Made by a program: the position numbers and the translations under genes. 64,000 bases of DNA, taken from Paramecium tetraurelia. Lineage: Eukaryota. The notes under the pieces are model-generated. The model saw only the letters and a list, made by a program, of their open reading frames with translations, was not told where the DNA came from and searched no databases. The stretch covers positions 1-64,000 of the forward strand of contig CT868064.1 of assembly GCA_000165425.1 (NCBI GenBank), given 5' to 3'. Of the stretch, positions 27,531 through 41,475 are shown piece after piece. Each line of letters begins with the position of its first letter. Position 1 is the first letter of the stretch.

Positions 27531-28650
27531 ATGAAAATCATCGCTTTAGTGTTAGTTGGTTTATTGTGTGTTTCTGCTGAAACCTAAACAAGATCACCAG
27601 GCCAATTGTTGGTTGATCACATCAACAGTTTGATCCTCTCCATCCGTAACGAGCAAACAGAACACGACGACATCTACACAGACTAATACACAGACATGTG
27701 GAGATGAATTGGGATTCAGAAAGAAGGAAGTCCAAGACGCTGTTGATGCCTTAACAAGAGCTACTGAACACAAGGGAAGAGCCTAAGCTGCCCATGCTTC
27801 AGCCACAGCTGATTTGATCAGCGATATCACCTATCAATAAATCCTTGAAGACTAAGTTGAATTCATTACCACCAGAAGAAACGACAGAGCTGCCAACTTC
27901 AACAAGAAAGTCTAAAACATCAACACATCATTGTCCTTGATCGACGGTGCTGAATAAATTGTCAATGTAAATTATTCATATTAAAACATATAGGAATTCG
28001 CCAATTCCTCAGCTTCATTCATCCAAGTCACAAAACACTTCAACAACATGTTCCTCTAAGCCACCAAAGCTGGTAATGCTGGTGAATATGCTCCATTGTT
28101 GTCTGTCCTCGTTGAATTAAGCGGAGATGGAAACGTTAGCGTCGATAACATCAACAGAATCAGATAATTATTAAACGAATTAAGAGAAAAATTATCAGCT
28201 GCTCTTTCATAATTGACAGATAACGAAAACACACAAATCGAAGTCTTCCAAGCCAGAAAGAACAGAGTCTAAGACGTCATCACTCTTTTGGTCAACGTCT
28301 AAGGATAATTGACTGCTTATATTGCCTAATTATAAGCCACCATCACCAAGGAAGAAGACATCATCAACTCAGCCACCAGCAAGAGAATCAGAAACTAAAA
28401 CTTACTTAACTATGCTAGTGACATGTGCAATGCCTTCAATACTGAATACAGTGACAGCACTGGTGCCAGAAGAAAGGAAGTCGAACTTTTGACCAAATTG
28501 AGAACCTTCGTTGAATAAAGAGTTGAAGAATTCAATCAATATGGAGGAGATCCCACTGACGTCTTCGCCAGTTATGCCAAATAAGGATCTGCCTAAGCTG
28601 CTGAAGCTCAATTCCTCCAACTTAGAGCTAACCTTAGAGCAAGAAAATGA
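27531..28650 (+). pseudogene. TMP: Trichocyst matrix protein gene with a single +1 frameshift (recent pseudogene or assembly error)
   Basis: MKIIALVLVGLLCVSA signal and strongly biased codons. The start frame hits TGA at 27705-27707. The remaining ~300 codons (CGDELGFRKKEVQ..SFIQV..YAPLLSVLVEL..MCNAF) are intact in the +1 frame up to TGA at 28648-28650. Confidence 0.75.
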
Positions 28651-28710
28651 GTTTTATAAATATCATAAAATTCAACCAATCCCCAATTTTATTATAATAT
28701 TAAAAATTAA

Positions 28711-29335
28711 TCATCTTTTAACTTTTTCAAATTTTCCTGACCTCTCCTGCTTCAAATTTGGATTCAACTCTTTTTCTGGACGTTCATCACTATACATTAA
28801 TGTGTTTGGATTCTCTTCATCTAAAATAGACTTTGGCATTGGCTTCCCTTCCCAAAAAGGACCACTAAAATGCTATCTATCCAGTAATTCTTTATGTCTA
28901 AGTATACATAAGCTAGACATACTTTTTCAAATCATCGGGATCAACATTAGCTGCATACCAATTAGAATAATCAACTTCCTTTCTTTTTTCAGCTTATCCT
29001 TATACCAAATTTCCATTTTAATAAATATAAGTACCTTTCTTCAGATCAATATCCTCAGTCTTTTACTATTATTCCTATTACTCATTAAACTTCTAAATGA
29101 TTTTTTCTTGAATAGATTCCTCTTCCTAAGTGATCTATTAGTACTGAATATTGGGATTAGTTAACTTCAGAAAATTTATTTAATATTGAATCTCTTTTAT
29201 TATTTATTCCTCAGGTTTAGCTTCCTATACGATTTTCATTAGGTTTATCGATGCCCTTTGTTATTTTTATTAAGGAAGTTGATCAATAAACTTTTTAGCA
29301 GATAATAATAGGAGTCTCACTTCCTTCTTAATCAT
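28711..29335 (-). CDS. Hypothetical protein, about 200 aa, with motif YSNWYAANVDPDDLKRHKELLDRQHFSGPFW
   Basis: Code-6 frame from ATG 29335, one 25-nt intron, TGA at 28713-28711. Confidence 0.7.
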
Positions 29336-29342
29336 TTAATTA

Positions 29343-32300
29343 ATGTAATTTATAATATTTGAATAATTGTCGTGCTTGGCTCACTTAGCTCATAATAGTT
29401 AACCATCTGAATTTTCAACGATAATGAATGTCTTAATTGTTAATTTGTAATATCTCGCTTTGATGCTTCCTTAGAATGGATGGCATCTATGGAATTACAT
29501 TGATGGTCATCTCTATCTTTTAAAGTAATTCGCTTAGGCAACTTTGATTATTCCCTATGGATTTGAATCCTCAATTGATTTTGGTCCTTTTGCTTTGGCA
29601 ATGGTGATTATGCTGCTGATTTCATTTATAGCGATTATAGCTATATTTGTTACTTTTGGAATATTTGATAACCTAAATCCCAAGGATCATTATTCTTTGC
29701 GGAAATTTATCTTCCACTTTATACAAATTTGTACAACGACATTATAATTACCCATACTTTTCCTATTTTTTGCCATGATCATAATAGGATAAACTAAAAT
29801 AAACTAACATGATACTATTATTAATCTCAAAAGCATTTTAGGATTGTTTGGGGTTTTAATCTTTTCCATAGTTGTGTTCCTTTATCATTACTTTTTAAGG
29901 GCCTACACTTTTGTGCCCTTCTATAATTTCTAGTAAAAATTCAATCTACTCTAAATTGTACATTATTTCTTCAACATTCTAAATGCCATTTTATATATAA
30001 TTGCAGACGATATTTTGATAGAATATGTGAAAATAGCAGTTTTATTTTTATATTTTATATCCCGACTAACCGAACTCTATTATTTTAGACCCTTTTTACC
30101 ACACATTAATGGACTCCTATTTATGTCCAATAGCAGCTTGCTTGCAATTCTAATAGTAATTAGTATAAATATTTTGATGGCCGACAAACATATATTGCAT
30201 GAGGATTAGTTGCTTTACACACTATTAATATTTGGGAGCTTATCATTCTATTTTAGTTCAATGTATTATGAGACTAAATTCTTATCCACCTTTGATTTTG
30301 AAATGAATTCTTTTTCATGTATATATTATACTTAAGAGATGCACTTCAAATATCAATAAACAATTGAAAATCAAAAATAAAAGGAATTCTTTCAACTTTA
30401 TTTATATTGGAAAGCCCATAAGGTTGTGTGCACTAGACATTGGATCAAGGAATCTTACAAAACTGATTATAATTAAATTTAAAGAACACATTAAACCATT
30501 TTTTGTATTTTAAATACTGAATTAGAAAAGGCTCAAATGGATTAAAGAGTATCTTATGAAGAATTGCTATTAGTTTACATTAGTTATGTGGCATTGTTTT
30601 GCAAAAAACCACTTATGGCATATACAGAATTGAAAAGATATTAAAGTTAGAAGTCAATTTAATCATATTACTTCATTTGCATTCGTTATTAAATGAGTAT
30701 TTATTTATAAGAGTTGATTAAAATTCAACAATAAGAAAATATTTCGATGTCTTAAGGAGGGAAACAATTACAACCTGAACGATAACTTAGTATTCATGAA
30801 GTATTTGAAACGATGAGATTTTAAGATCAATTCATTCCTTCCCTTATTGAAATTTTAAGTGATAAAATCAATTTCTGGACTAAACAATTAAAAGGGTTTA
30901 ATTCCATTTATGAAGTCGAAAAATTAGCCCTAGCTCAAAGTCAAAAGATTCATAAATTATCATATCAAATAAAGAAGTATTGTTCTTTCGATATTAATAA
31001 TTTAGATCATCTATAAATAAATAATAATGTTTAAAATCTAAAGCTCTTATCAATATTTTGCAGTTCCATTATGAATGACTATTACAGTTCGTAGATATGC
31101 GAAACTGCAATCACTGATGTTTATAATATAGAGCATACACTATAAGAGGAAGCAATTACTAATTTAGCATTCATATAAGAGAAGGCTGTTTTGATAATGA
31201 TAAGTTTGGTCAAAAACAGAGGGAAGATAATTAATAAAGATAAGAAATTAATTCTATAATTCTTTGGTTACTAAGAAAGTGAAATATTTGAGATTGATAA
31301 TGTATCAAGATTAATGCCTTCCTTTTTTGCTGAATAACATGATAAATTATTGTTAAATTATTTACAAACTGCTAGATCTTCTTTTTTTTCAACATTCAAT
31401 TAAGTATTTGGATAGAGAAAAGAGGGATCTCTTAATTCTTACTAATTAAAGTTAGATAACAACTTTAATGAATTAGATGATTATGTTTTAATTGGGTGTC
31501 TTTCAGAATTCAAAAAAACATCCGATTATATTCTTTTTAATGAGGATGGCTATTTAATTGGAATGACAGATAATTTTTTTTATACGATTATTAATTCTGA
31601 TGATTAGGACTTTTAAATTCCAAAAGAAAATGTTGGGTAATTAAACATCTTTTTGATAATTTATAATATGATGGATCTATTAAATGAATTTAAGAGCAAT
31701 TATGGAAAAGATGTAATGTATAATTAGTAAGAAAAATATTTAAAAATTTGGAAATATGCAAACAATAAAGATTTATTGGAAAATTCGTAAAAGATACAAT
31801 ATTATTCCACCAAATTGAATTCATGTTTTAATGAAAATAGTCTATTAAAATCAAGAACTTCGAATATCACTGTAGAGAGAGAAAGAGCTGAAATATAAAT
31901 ATATTAGCAATTAGGTAAGAGTAATGTGGAATAGAAAAAATATAAAGGATCGTAGTTACTGTAATCTCTAACAATTTACAATGTTTAGCTTGGCAATTAA
32001 CTATAACATGTTCTTTAAACGTTAGAAGTAATCATATTTAGTATGATAGTTTAAAAATAGAACTCATTTTACAGGAAAAGCAAGTATCACTTACAAACTT
32101 GTAGGCAAGAAATCCTCCAGGAAATGCTATTTTGTATTGGAGATAAATGATCTAAAAAAAGCAGATGATTTGCTTAAGACAAATGAATCATTAATCAATA
32201 ATTAATACACAACTTCGATTTAAACAACAAACAAACGTATGTTGTCTTAGATCTTCATTTTTAGTTTTTTATACTCCAGATTTAAACCAAAGTAATTTTG

Positions 32301-34753
32301 AGATAATTAAAGTTGATAAGGAAGAGGTTACTCCAAATATTTCAAAGCCAGCCTAACCTTTCTTTTAGCGACTCATCAATAAATATGAATTGAAATAACA
32401 ATAATAATATGTAGATATCTTAGGAATGGAATCTGCAAGAGACAGTGTCAGCTATGGGCCCTTATCATAAAGAATTAACTTTATTAGTCCCTCTTCAAAG
32501 TAATAATAGATGTAAGAATTAATTGAAAAAGACTTCACAGACCTTCAAAATTAATTAGAATATATAAATTAAGATATCAACCAAGAAAATGATGTTCCTG
32601 ATTCTTCACAAATAAAGAGCAATAGTAAAGACTAAAATTAAAAAGGTCCCAACATCATTGAAATCTATCAAAATAATAAATTCAACTAAAAAATGGAAGA
32701 TATTGATAGGGATGCAAAAAAATCAAAATCCAGTATTACTTCTGGAACCTCTGGTGTGTCAGCCATAACAACTATTAAACAATTTCAATAGAATACCCAA
32801 ATGACAGATAGCCTAAAAAAGCTAGCCATTATTAATATTTTAATAATGGTTATAATTATAGGCTATATTATTGCCCATTTGGTAAAATTAAACACTTACA
32901 CAGAGCAAACTTAATAAACCTTAGCTAATATCAATGGGCCCACTTTATTTAATCGCTATTTCTTTAAAATCTTCACTTACACCTGGAGTCTTGTATTCAA
33001 TACACTTGAAATTATAGAAAGCAGCGATTTTATTATAAAGTCAACAATCTCTGAGATGCAAGATTTAGCTTAAATCGTATTTATTGACTTAAGCAAAATG
33101 TATAAAATTTTTATAGGGATTGAGGAATCAGGAATGCTAAGTTACATCAACTTGGATATGCTTTATCAATCAAATGAAAATGTAACATATACTTACTTTA
33201 TTAATTTAATTTCTACTGTTTCTGATCAATTATTTGAGGCTCTCAACTACGATGTTACTACACTGATTTAAATTATTGATAGAAGATATTTGGATAATCT
33301 ATTAATGTTGAGATACAATCTAAAAAATGTTGTCCTCATGAATTCATAATTAATTGATTCTTTAAATGAAGTCTATTTCTAATAGTAAGATGATAATATT
33401 CAAGAATTTTAAACACAAATTATATTAGAAATTGTTTTCTTGTTAGTAATAATAGTATCGTAATTAATTTACTGGAAATAAATTGAATAATATTGTTAAT
33501 AAATCTTAATACTAGCAGGAAGACTGTAATACACTTAAGCTTAAGAAATGATCTTAAGATTTACACTTGTAATTGAGACCTTAAAATAATTTTCTGGAAA
33601 TTAGAGTTGGAAGAAATAAAACTTTTATAAATTATTATTCTTTCCTTTAAATGAAATAGGAATAGATACTGTTCAAAGTCAATCAAGAATTTTAAAGGAT
33701 TACTAAAGTTCGTAAGTTAGTTAATAGTTTAGAATTAAGCAAGCGTTCGAGGAAAGATAAAAAAATCTCAAAAAGAACTTTAACGTTGTACTTAATTCTA
33801 AGATTAATAATCCAAACACCACAATCTTCAAAGCCACAATTTTAACAATGATAACATTTTTAATATTTTTAATTTATCTTTTGGGTGGATTTGTATTATT
33901 TAGACAATAATAAAATGATTTATTGCCAACTCAATAACTAACCTTAAGTTTTATTAGATTTACATCTTAATTAGATATAGTCGTTAGCACTTCATTAATA
34001 ACCAAATCTTAACCTCTTTTATATGATAAATTGATAGAAATGAAAATATACACAACTAAGGAAATAGATAAGTTTAGAGATTAAAGAAAAATTATAAAGA
34101 TTTTTATCTCTTTATATTCGATTTATTATGAAAATATTACTTCAATTTATGAGAACATCATTAAATCAAATAAAATATCAAGCGAGGATGCCAGCACACT
34201 GCTTACATTGTATTAAGGGGATTTTTGTTTAGAAATTGGTTCTGATGTGCCTTTTTGTAATTATGATACAATCACAAATTTTAATTCTCTCTATGGAATT
34301 CCAGACTCTCAAGATGACAACAGAGAGTATCTAAGTAAAGGTATACAAGGAATTGTGAGCAAATTAGACACTTTTTTCAAGTAGAATTATTAGTTTGAAA
34401 TTAATAACACTGAATACTTTCCAGATAAAAATGTAACCAAGGAAATCATGATATCCAAAGAATTTACAAATGCTGTAATGGAGCATTTCTTAGATACAAC
34501 AGATGGAACAAATTTGTTCCTTGATACGTTGATGTAAGCTATCAATAAAATAACTAATGATAATCTGAATTTATCCTATACCTATTACTTAATAACTGGA
34601 TTCTTATTATTGATTATTTTCCTTACTTTTTATGGACTTTGGATATATAACTCAAATCAAAGATTGATCTTGCTTAGGTTAATTCTAACAAATTTACCTA
34701 TTGAAGTTCTAACAGAATAACATACATTGACCTTACTTAGAAAATTATAATGA
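29343..34753 (+). CDS. PAS-domain polytopic membrane protein (TmcB/TmcC-like), about 1,780 aa
   Basis: N-terminal TM bundle (LQYLALMLPQNGW), helical region, PAS signature (QFFGY..RLMPSFFAEQHDKLLLNYLQTA), then a second set of TM helices and extracellular loops (GDFC..VPFC..YLSKGIQG). Only about two introns. Confidence 0.8.
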
Positions 34754-34824
34754 AAGAATATTATTTTAATAATTCATATAATGATAATTGTTTATGAAGT
34801 ATATTTTATATTCATAATTGGAAC

Positions 34825-35220
34825 TCAAAATGATTTAATATGTCCAAGGTATTCTTCACCTGTAATTCTCACTTGAGATGTACAAATCTCTAGTTCATCG
34901 GCTATCATGGCTGCTAAAATATGAGGACAAAATTAGAATTCACGAGCATTGAATTTATCGCAATTGCAGATATAATTATTGGCCTTGTAGACTTTACTAA
35001 CCTTTTAGTTTTATTCTGTGATAATATAAATAGCTTTATTAGCTTGGACTGGAATTTTGGTGATGGGAATTTTGTTCTCAATCAAGTAAAATGCCTCCTC
35101 ATAGTGTTTATGGAGATCAAATAAATTTTTATGAGCCTCCAGAGATTTATCGTCTGTTTGCCCCTTGAATAACCCAACCACTCTTGAAACACATTATTAT
35201 GTTACTTATAATAATTCCAT
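34825..35220 (-). CDS. SWIM zinc-finger protein, SWS1/ZSWIM7-like, 131 aa
   Basis: Intronless 396-nt ORF containing YICNCDKFNAREFQFCPHILAA (CxC...CxH). Size and layout match SWS1/ZSWIM7. Confidence 0.7.
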
Positions 35221-35264
35221 TTATAATTAATATTTTATTAGAAATCAGAAATTCCTTATTAGAA

Positions 35265-37474
35265 ATGTAACCAGGTTTGAAGCAATTATTCTTAAGAACT
35301 AATGGCCTTATATCAATAAAGCCAAAAATCAGAATCACGGACAATTACACTCTCTCTCTTGTGTATTCACCTGGAGTGGGCCACATTTGCCAAGTCATTC
35401 AAAAGAATCCAGATCTATTATACGATCTTACCATTACAGGCAATTCTGTTGCACTTCTATCCGATGGATCAAGTATATGTTCTACCTTATCTTAGGATCT
35501 TAAATTAAAAAGCCTTCTTGGATGATTCCAAATTTAGAAGCCATCAGTGCATTATACAAAGCCTTTTATGACATCGATGCCTACCCTGTAATTTTGGATA
35601 AGGAAATCATGAATGGGGCAGATGACTACTTGCTGATCATAGATAATTTATCTACAACATATAAAGTATTATCCCTTCTATTTTTAGACAATTGTATTCG
35701 TCGATATCGAAGAAAAATTGACTCAAGAACTTTTGCATAAGTTGGAAAATGCCAAAATTGATTGTACAGTCGTCATTAGTAACACTCATTCCTTAGTTGA
35801 ATAATTAAAAGATGCTGCTCTTATCAAAAGTGCCCTGGATTCTCGTTCTATTTTAAAACCATCTCTAATTGAACAAATTAGACTAAAACTCAAAGGAATT
35901 GATTTCTCACAATTACCAAACTACTTAACAGCTACACTCAGTTCTGCCTATGCTGCTAGTTTGAATGAAATCCATAGAAATGGATTATTTCATCATACTG
36001 TAAAAAATACCACTCCATCCCAATTCATATCAAAATTAAATGATTTATATCTGTATGGTGAGATTGCATACTACAACAGATGGACACCCAAATAATTCTT
36101 ATAAAATAATGACATTAATTAGAATTCACTGGAATTACATAAAAGATATAATGGTGTCATCACCATTGCTTTGAAATTTAATCCAAGATCTCTAGAAGAC
36201 TTATACAGAATCTATGAGTTATCTTATAGGAATAATGATATCTTAGAGATTCAAAAATTATTCGAAGCTGATCCCAAGAAAATCCGTGAAGTCACACTAA
36301 AAAAGAATTATGCTGCAATAGTCACAAATGGAACTGCCATTCTTGGACTTGGTAATATTGGACCAGCTGCTGGATCCCCAGTGATGGAAGGCAAATCTGT
36401 TTTATTCAATGCTCTAGGTGGAATTGATTTGATGCCCATCTGTTTCAAGGAAAGAGACCCTCATAAATTAGTGTAACTTATAAGATAGTATACATATCCA
36501 CAATTATAATTTAGCATTGCACCAATCTTTTCAGCAATTAATCTAGAAGATCTTAGAGCTCCTGATTGTTTCCCTATTGAAGAAGAAGCCATCCAAAGCA
36601 TTCATATTCCTTTGATGCATGATGATCAGCATGGTACTGCTGTCGTTAGTTTGGCTGCACTCATCAATTACTTGAAATTAACAAAAAAAAATGTAAAAGA
36701 TCTTAAATTGGTCATCAATGGAGCAGGGTATTCTACCTAATTATTCGTAGTGCTGCAGGTGTTGCCATTTGTAAATTACTCCATGGTCATGGTGTAGAGG
36801 ACATCCTCATTTGCGATACTGAAGGAATCATCTATGAAGGAAGACCCAAGAATATGAATACATTTAAAAATGATCTTGCTAAATTTACGAATAAAAATAA
36901 AATAGCTGGCAAACTAGAAGATGCTGTCAAAGGCAGAGATTTGTTTGTCGGAGTCTCCAGTGCAGTATATTATATTATTTATGGTTATCATAGGGAGCAT
37001 TAACATAAGACATGGTACGTAATATGAATAAGGATCCATTTATTCTTGCATTAGCAAATCCACTTCCAGAGATAATGCCAGATGATGCAATTCAAGCAGG
37101 TGCCTTCATTGTAGCTACAGGAAGATCAGATTTTAACAATTAAGTGAACAACTCCTTGGCATTCCCAGGAATATTTAGAGGAGCTATTGATACCAAAGCC
37201 AAAGAAATCAATTTACAAATGAAGGTATCTTATACCATTTAATATGAAAAAGATTGCTGCAGCATATGCTATAGCAAATAGTATCAAAGAGAGTGACCTA
37301 TCACCTACCAAAATATTGCCAGGAGCATTGACAGCTGAGATCCCAGCAAATGTTGCTAGAGCAGTTGCAATTGCAGCTATGGAAAGTGGTGTTGCTCAAG
37401 TCAAAGTAGATCCAGAGGAGGTTTTCGATCATACAAGAAAATTGATAATGGAAGGAAGCATACCAACATTATGA
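35265..37474 (+). CDS. NAD(P)-dependent malic enzyme, prokaryotic small-subunit type, with a degenerate duplicated N-terminal half (about 690 aa)
   Basis: The C-half has [67 protein letters not shown]. The N-half has [10 protein letters not shown] and [10 protein letters not shown]. Six tiny introns. Confidence 0.92.
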
Positions 37475-37526
37475 TGATTGTTATAAATAAATGTAATGAA
37501 AAATTTGTAAAATAAATATATATATA

Positions 37527-38615
<1,089 letters not shown>

Positions 38616-38736
38616 TTAATTAATATAGAAATTAATTGTAATATTTAATTAGCATAATTAATTTAATTTGTTTTTAGAACTAAGAGATTTTATTAAGTAC
38701 TAACTCTATTAACAAAGGATATAAATATATTAATTT

Positions 38737-39730
38737 TCATTCTGCTATTGACACCTTGGCTTCATTCTGTAAGATTTGATCATAAATCTCAATTAACTTT
38801 GATGCCAATCTATATCCTCCAATGGCAAGATTTTCTTGGCAAAATTCAATTGCCTGTTTCTCATAATCACTGTTGTAAGTGTTCGATTTCTAGAGCATAG
38901 GGTAAACAAATTATTAGGCCTATCTGAATCCCAAGAATGACCACACAGCAGGATTACTAAGCTATAATACGTCAAATACGTCATGTCATAATTCGAATAT
39001 TTGTTAATGGGGAATTTTTAAATTATGTCATTTGACCACTTATCAAGATATTCATGATCTGATTAAGATAAAGGTCGAGACATATATGTAGTATTGGAGG
39101 CCATAGTGAAAGCCACAGAGTCCCAATAAGAGTGGAAATTTACAAAAGTGGCATTTTTTAACTAAATCTCAAGAGATATCATACTTGAATTTTCATGAAA
39201 TTGCCTCCAGCATCTCCATTTGGGAAAGTATCATTCCAAAATGTGGTGTCATGCAATGGTTAATGCATATCTCCAATTACATGCAGTAACACTCTCAACA
39301 TCTAGGCCTTAAATACAGTATGTCGATTCTTGGCAGTCTTGCTATTAGTCAAAACAGCTGTGGCTTAGTTTATCGCATAGATGGAGTTGATGTTCCTTCC
39401 TTGATCCTCAATTTTGATTAAGAGTCTAGATTTATTAATGTATACTCCATACCCATCAGGATTGATTGGTTTATCTGTGTAATGCCAATCATTAAGGAAA
39501 GAGGTTCCTGTCTCCTTAATGTCATCCATCCATACTGCTGCCTCAACAAAAGTGTTTGTGCGACCATCAGTGAGAGAATTGAAATCCTACACCAAGGAGT
39601 CTGCCCAAGCTAATACATCTGGTCTAGTGTCTCTTAATTAGTTTTTAGCTATTTAGGCTGTCATCATGTGCCCCATATCCCACCAACATTATACGACAGA
39701 TAAGAATGCACAAATGATAAGACCATTCAT
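38737..39730 (-). CDS. Secreted S1/P1 (class I) nuclease
   Basis: Signal peptide then WWDMGH, AAVWMDDIK, WHY, LLHVIGDMHQPLH, GDAGGN, NFHSYWDS, GGYRLA. The frame is intact after splicing. Confidence 0.93.
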
Positions 39731-40000
39731 CTTAGATTGATATTATTATTTCAGGTTCTACTCAGGTTCATTATATATGAATGCATCTAATTGTTTAATT
39801 CAAAATAATCCGTATGATGATGTGATATTAACTTGTTATTTTTTGAATTGATATATTTTGTTGATTATTAAATAGTAGATAATATACAAACAATTATTTA
39901 ATTAATTAATATATGAGAATTGTAAGAATAGAAGAACAAAAACTTAAAATTTAGTAGATAAATACATTGATGAGATTTTACAATTAATTGAAACAAATTA

Positions 40001-40905
40001 TCATTTTCTTTTTAACTTCTATTCTGAACTTTATTTAAAAATCGGCTTTAATCTTCTGTCCTTCTCTTACATTATCGTAGAATATTGAAAATGACCCTGT
40101 AATTCTTCTACTCCTTGGATTCTAGCATAGGTGATTTAGCAAATCTAAGAGTTCTAGAAATTCAATACCTTCTCTGAGTTAAACTTACTCCACTTTTTGT
40201 TATGGAATTCTAGGTAAAACTTTGGAATGTCTAATGAATCATAGAAATTAATAAATGCATATCCCACATTGCATTTGTTCTATTATCATTAAATTAAAAT
40301 TTATACTGTAAAGTCAATTGGTAAATAAAAGAAATTGTAAGTATTCTTATTATTGCAGTCTATCTCCTCGAGAAGGAGGGGTTAAGAGTATTTGTTTGGT
40401 ATATTCTTTATCATTAAGGTTGTACGATTGTCTTTTGGTATCTTGCCCATTATTATATATTTTACATTCTGTAATTGAATTTAGAATTGGGTTGTTTGTT
40501 GCTAAGGTTCATAGCGTCTTTTATTTTTAAATTGAAACATTTAGAAAGAAGTTGGCATAGTCGAACTAAATACTTCATCCCAACCCAGAGAGGATCCACT
40601 TATTGAAAGATTCATCTCCGGAATCTATTGATTTGAGTGCTTAGATAAGGTTTCAGGCAGAGTTGACCCATTCGAATATAGTGTTCTAGACCTATTTTTT
40701 ATGACTGGCTGTGAAGGTTGTTGATTTGTAAATTAATCCACATCCTCATCATCATCTATATTCAATTGCTATATGATAAATTCATCATTACCTTCAAGCA
40801 ATCTTAAACTTGACTCATTTAGGAAGCCACCTCTTTCTTCTGTCCTGTGGGTTTAACGAATTGAGAAAGGACATTTGGGTCAATCCTAAATACAATAGGT
40901 TTCAT
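40001..40905 (-). CDS. Mei2-like RRM (RRM3-type) RNA-binding protein
   Basis: DNRTTLMIKNIPNKYSQ..TYNFFYLPIDF.NKCNVGYAFINF..FHNKKW.KFNSEKIC.ITYARIQG. Confidence 0.92.
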
Positions 40906-41475
40906 ACAATTAAATAATTATTATATTTGAGGAGTACAATATATTTATCAAATGCTATTATGTACAACTTCGATAATTTTGTCAAGAAATGCCTTCTGAT
41001 AAAAAGAATCGTATATAAATTCAATAGCATAATATCAAATTAACACAAATTAGATTTATGAATTTTATAAAATATTAATACAAATGGATTAACTTATAAT
41101 TGTAATTCAAATAGTAAATATTATAATCACAACAATAAGCTGCAAAATGAATGAATAAAATCAATTACGTTTAAGTATAATAAACAAGAAGGATGTACTT
41201 TCTGTAGTTCTAGTTAATTCATTTTGTATTGCATGCATGTAATCAGAATTTTGATACATTCTTAGAATTAACGTAAAATCTTGTGTAAATTCATTATTTT
41301 TTGTATTCAAAGCATTTATTTTATTATTACAATAAATTTTGATATAAAAAAAACACTATTTTGTAGTTCATGTCTCCTGTAATCATGTAAATAATTAAAA
41401 CACGTATTTTTTCATTTATACAAATTAATAACACTAAGTTATTGTTTAAAATAAGTTTTATAAGGAATATATTTA

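Noticed and set aside
27696..27710. Euplotes-style programmed +1 frameshift at AGA-TGA in the TMP gene
   Set aside because: It would restore the frame but skip the Cys-Gly-Asp codons. The site lacks the AAA-TAR signal, and the mechanism is not established in Paramecium.
28511..29164. 217-aa plus-strand ORF, the longest in the track
   Set aside because: It is an off-frame read of the TMP 3' end plus the antisense of the 28711-29335 gene, an artefact of using the wrong genetic code.
35265..37474. Bacterial contamination or recent horizontal transfer for the prokaryote-type malic enzyme
   Set aside because: It has six tiny ciliate introns, in-frame TAA/TAG Gln codons and host-like composition, so any transfer is ancient.
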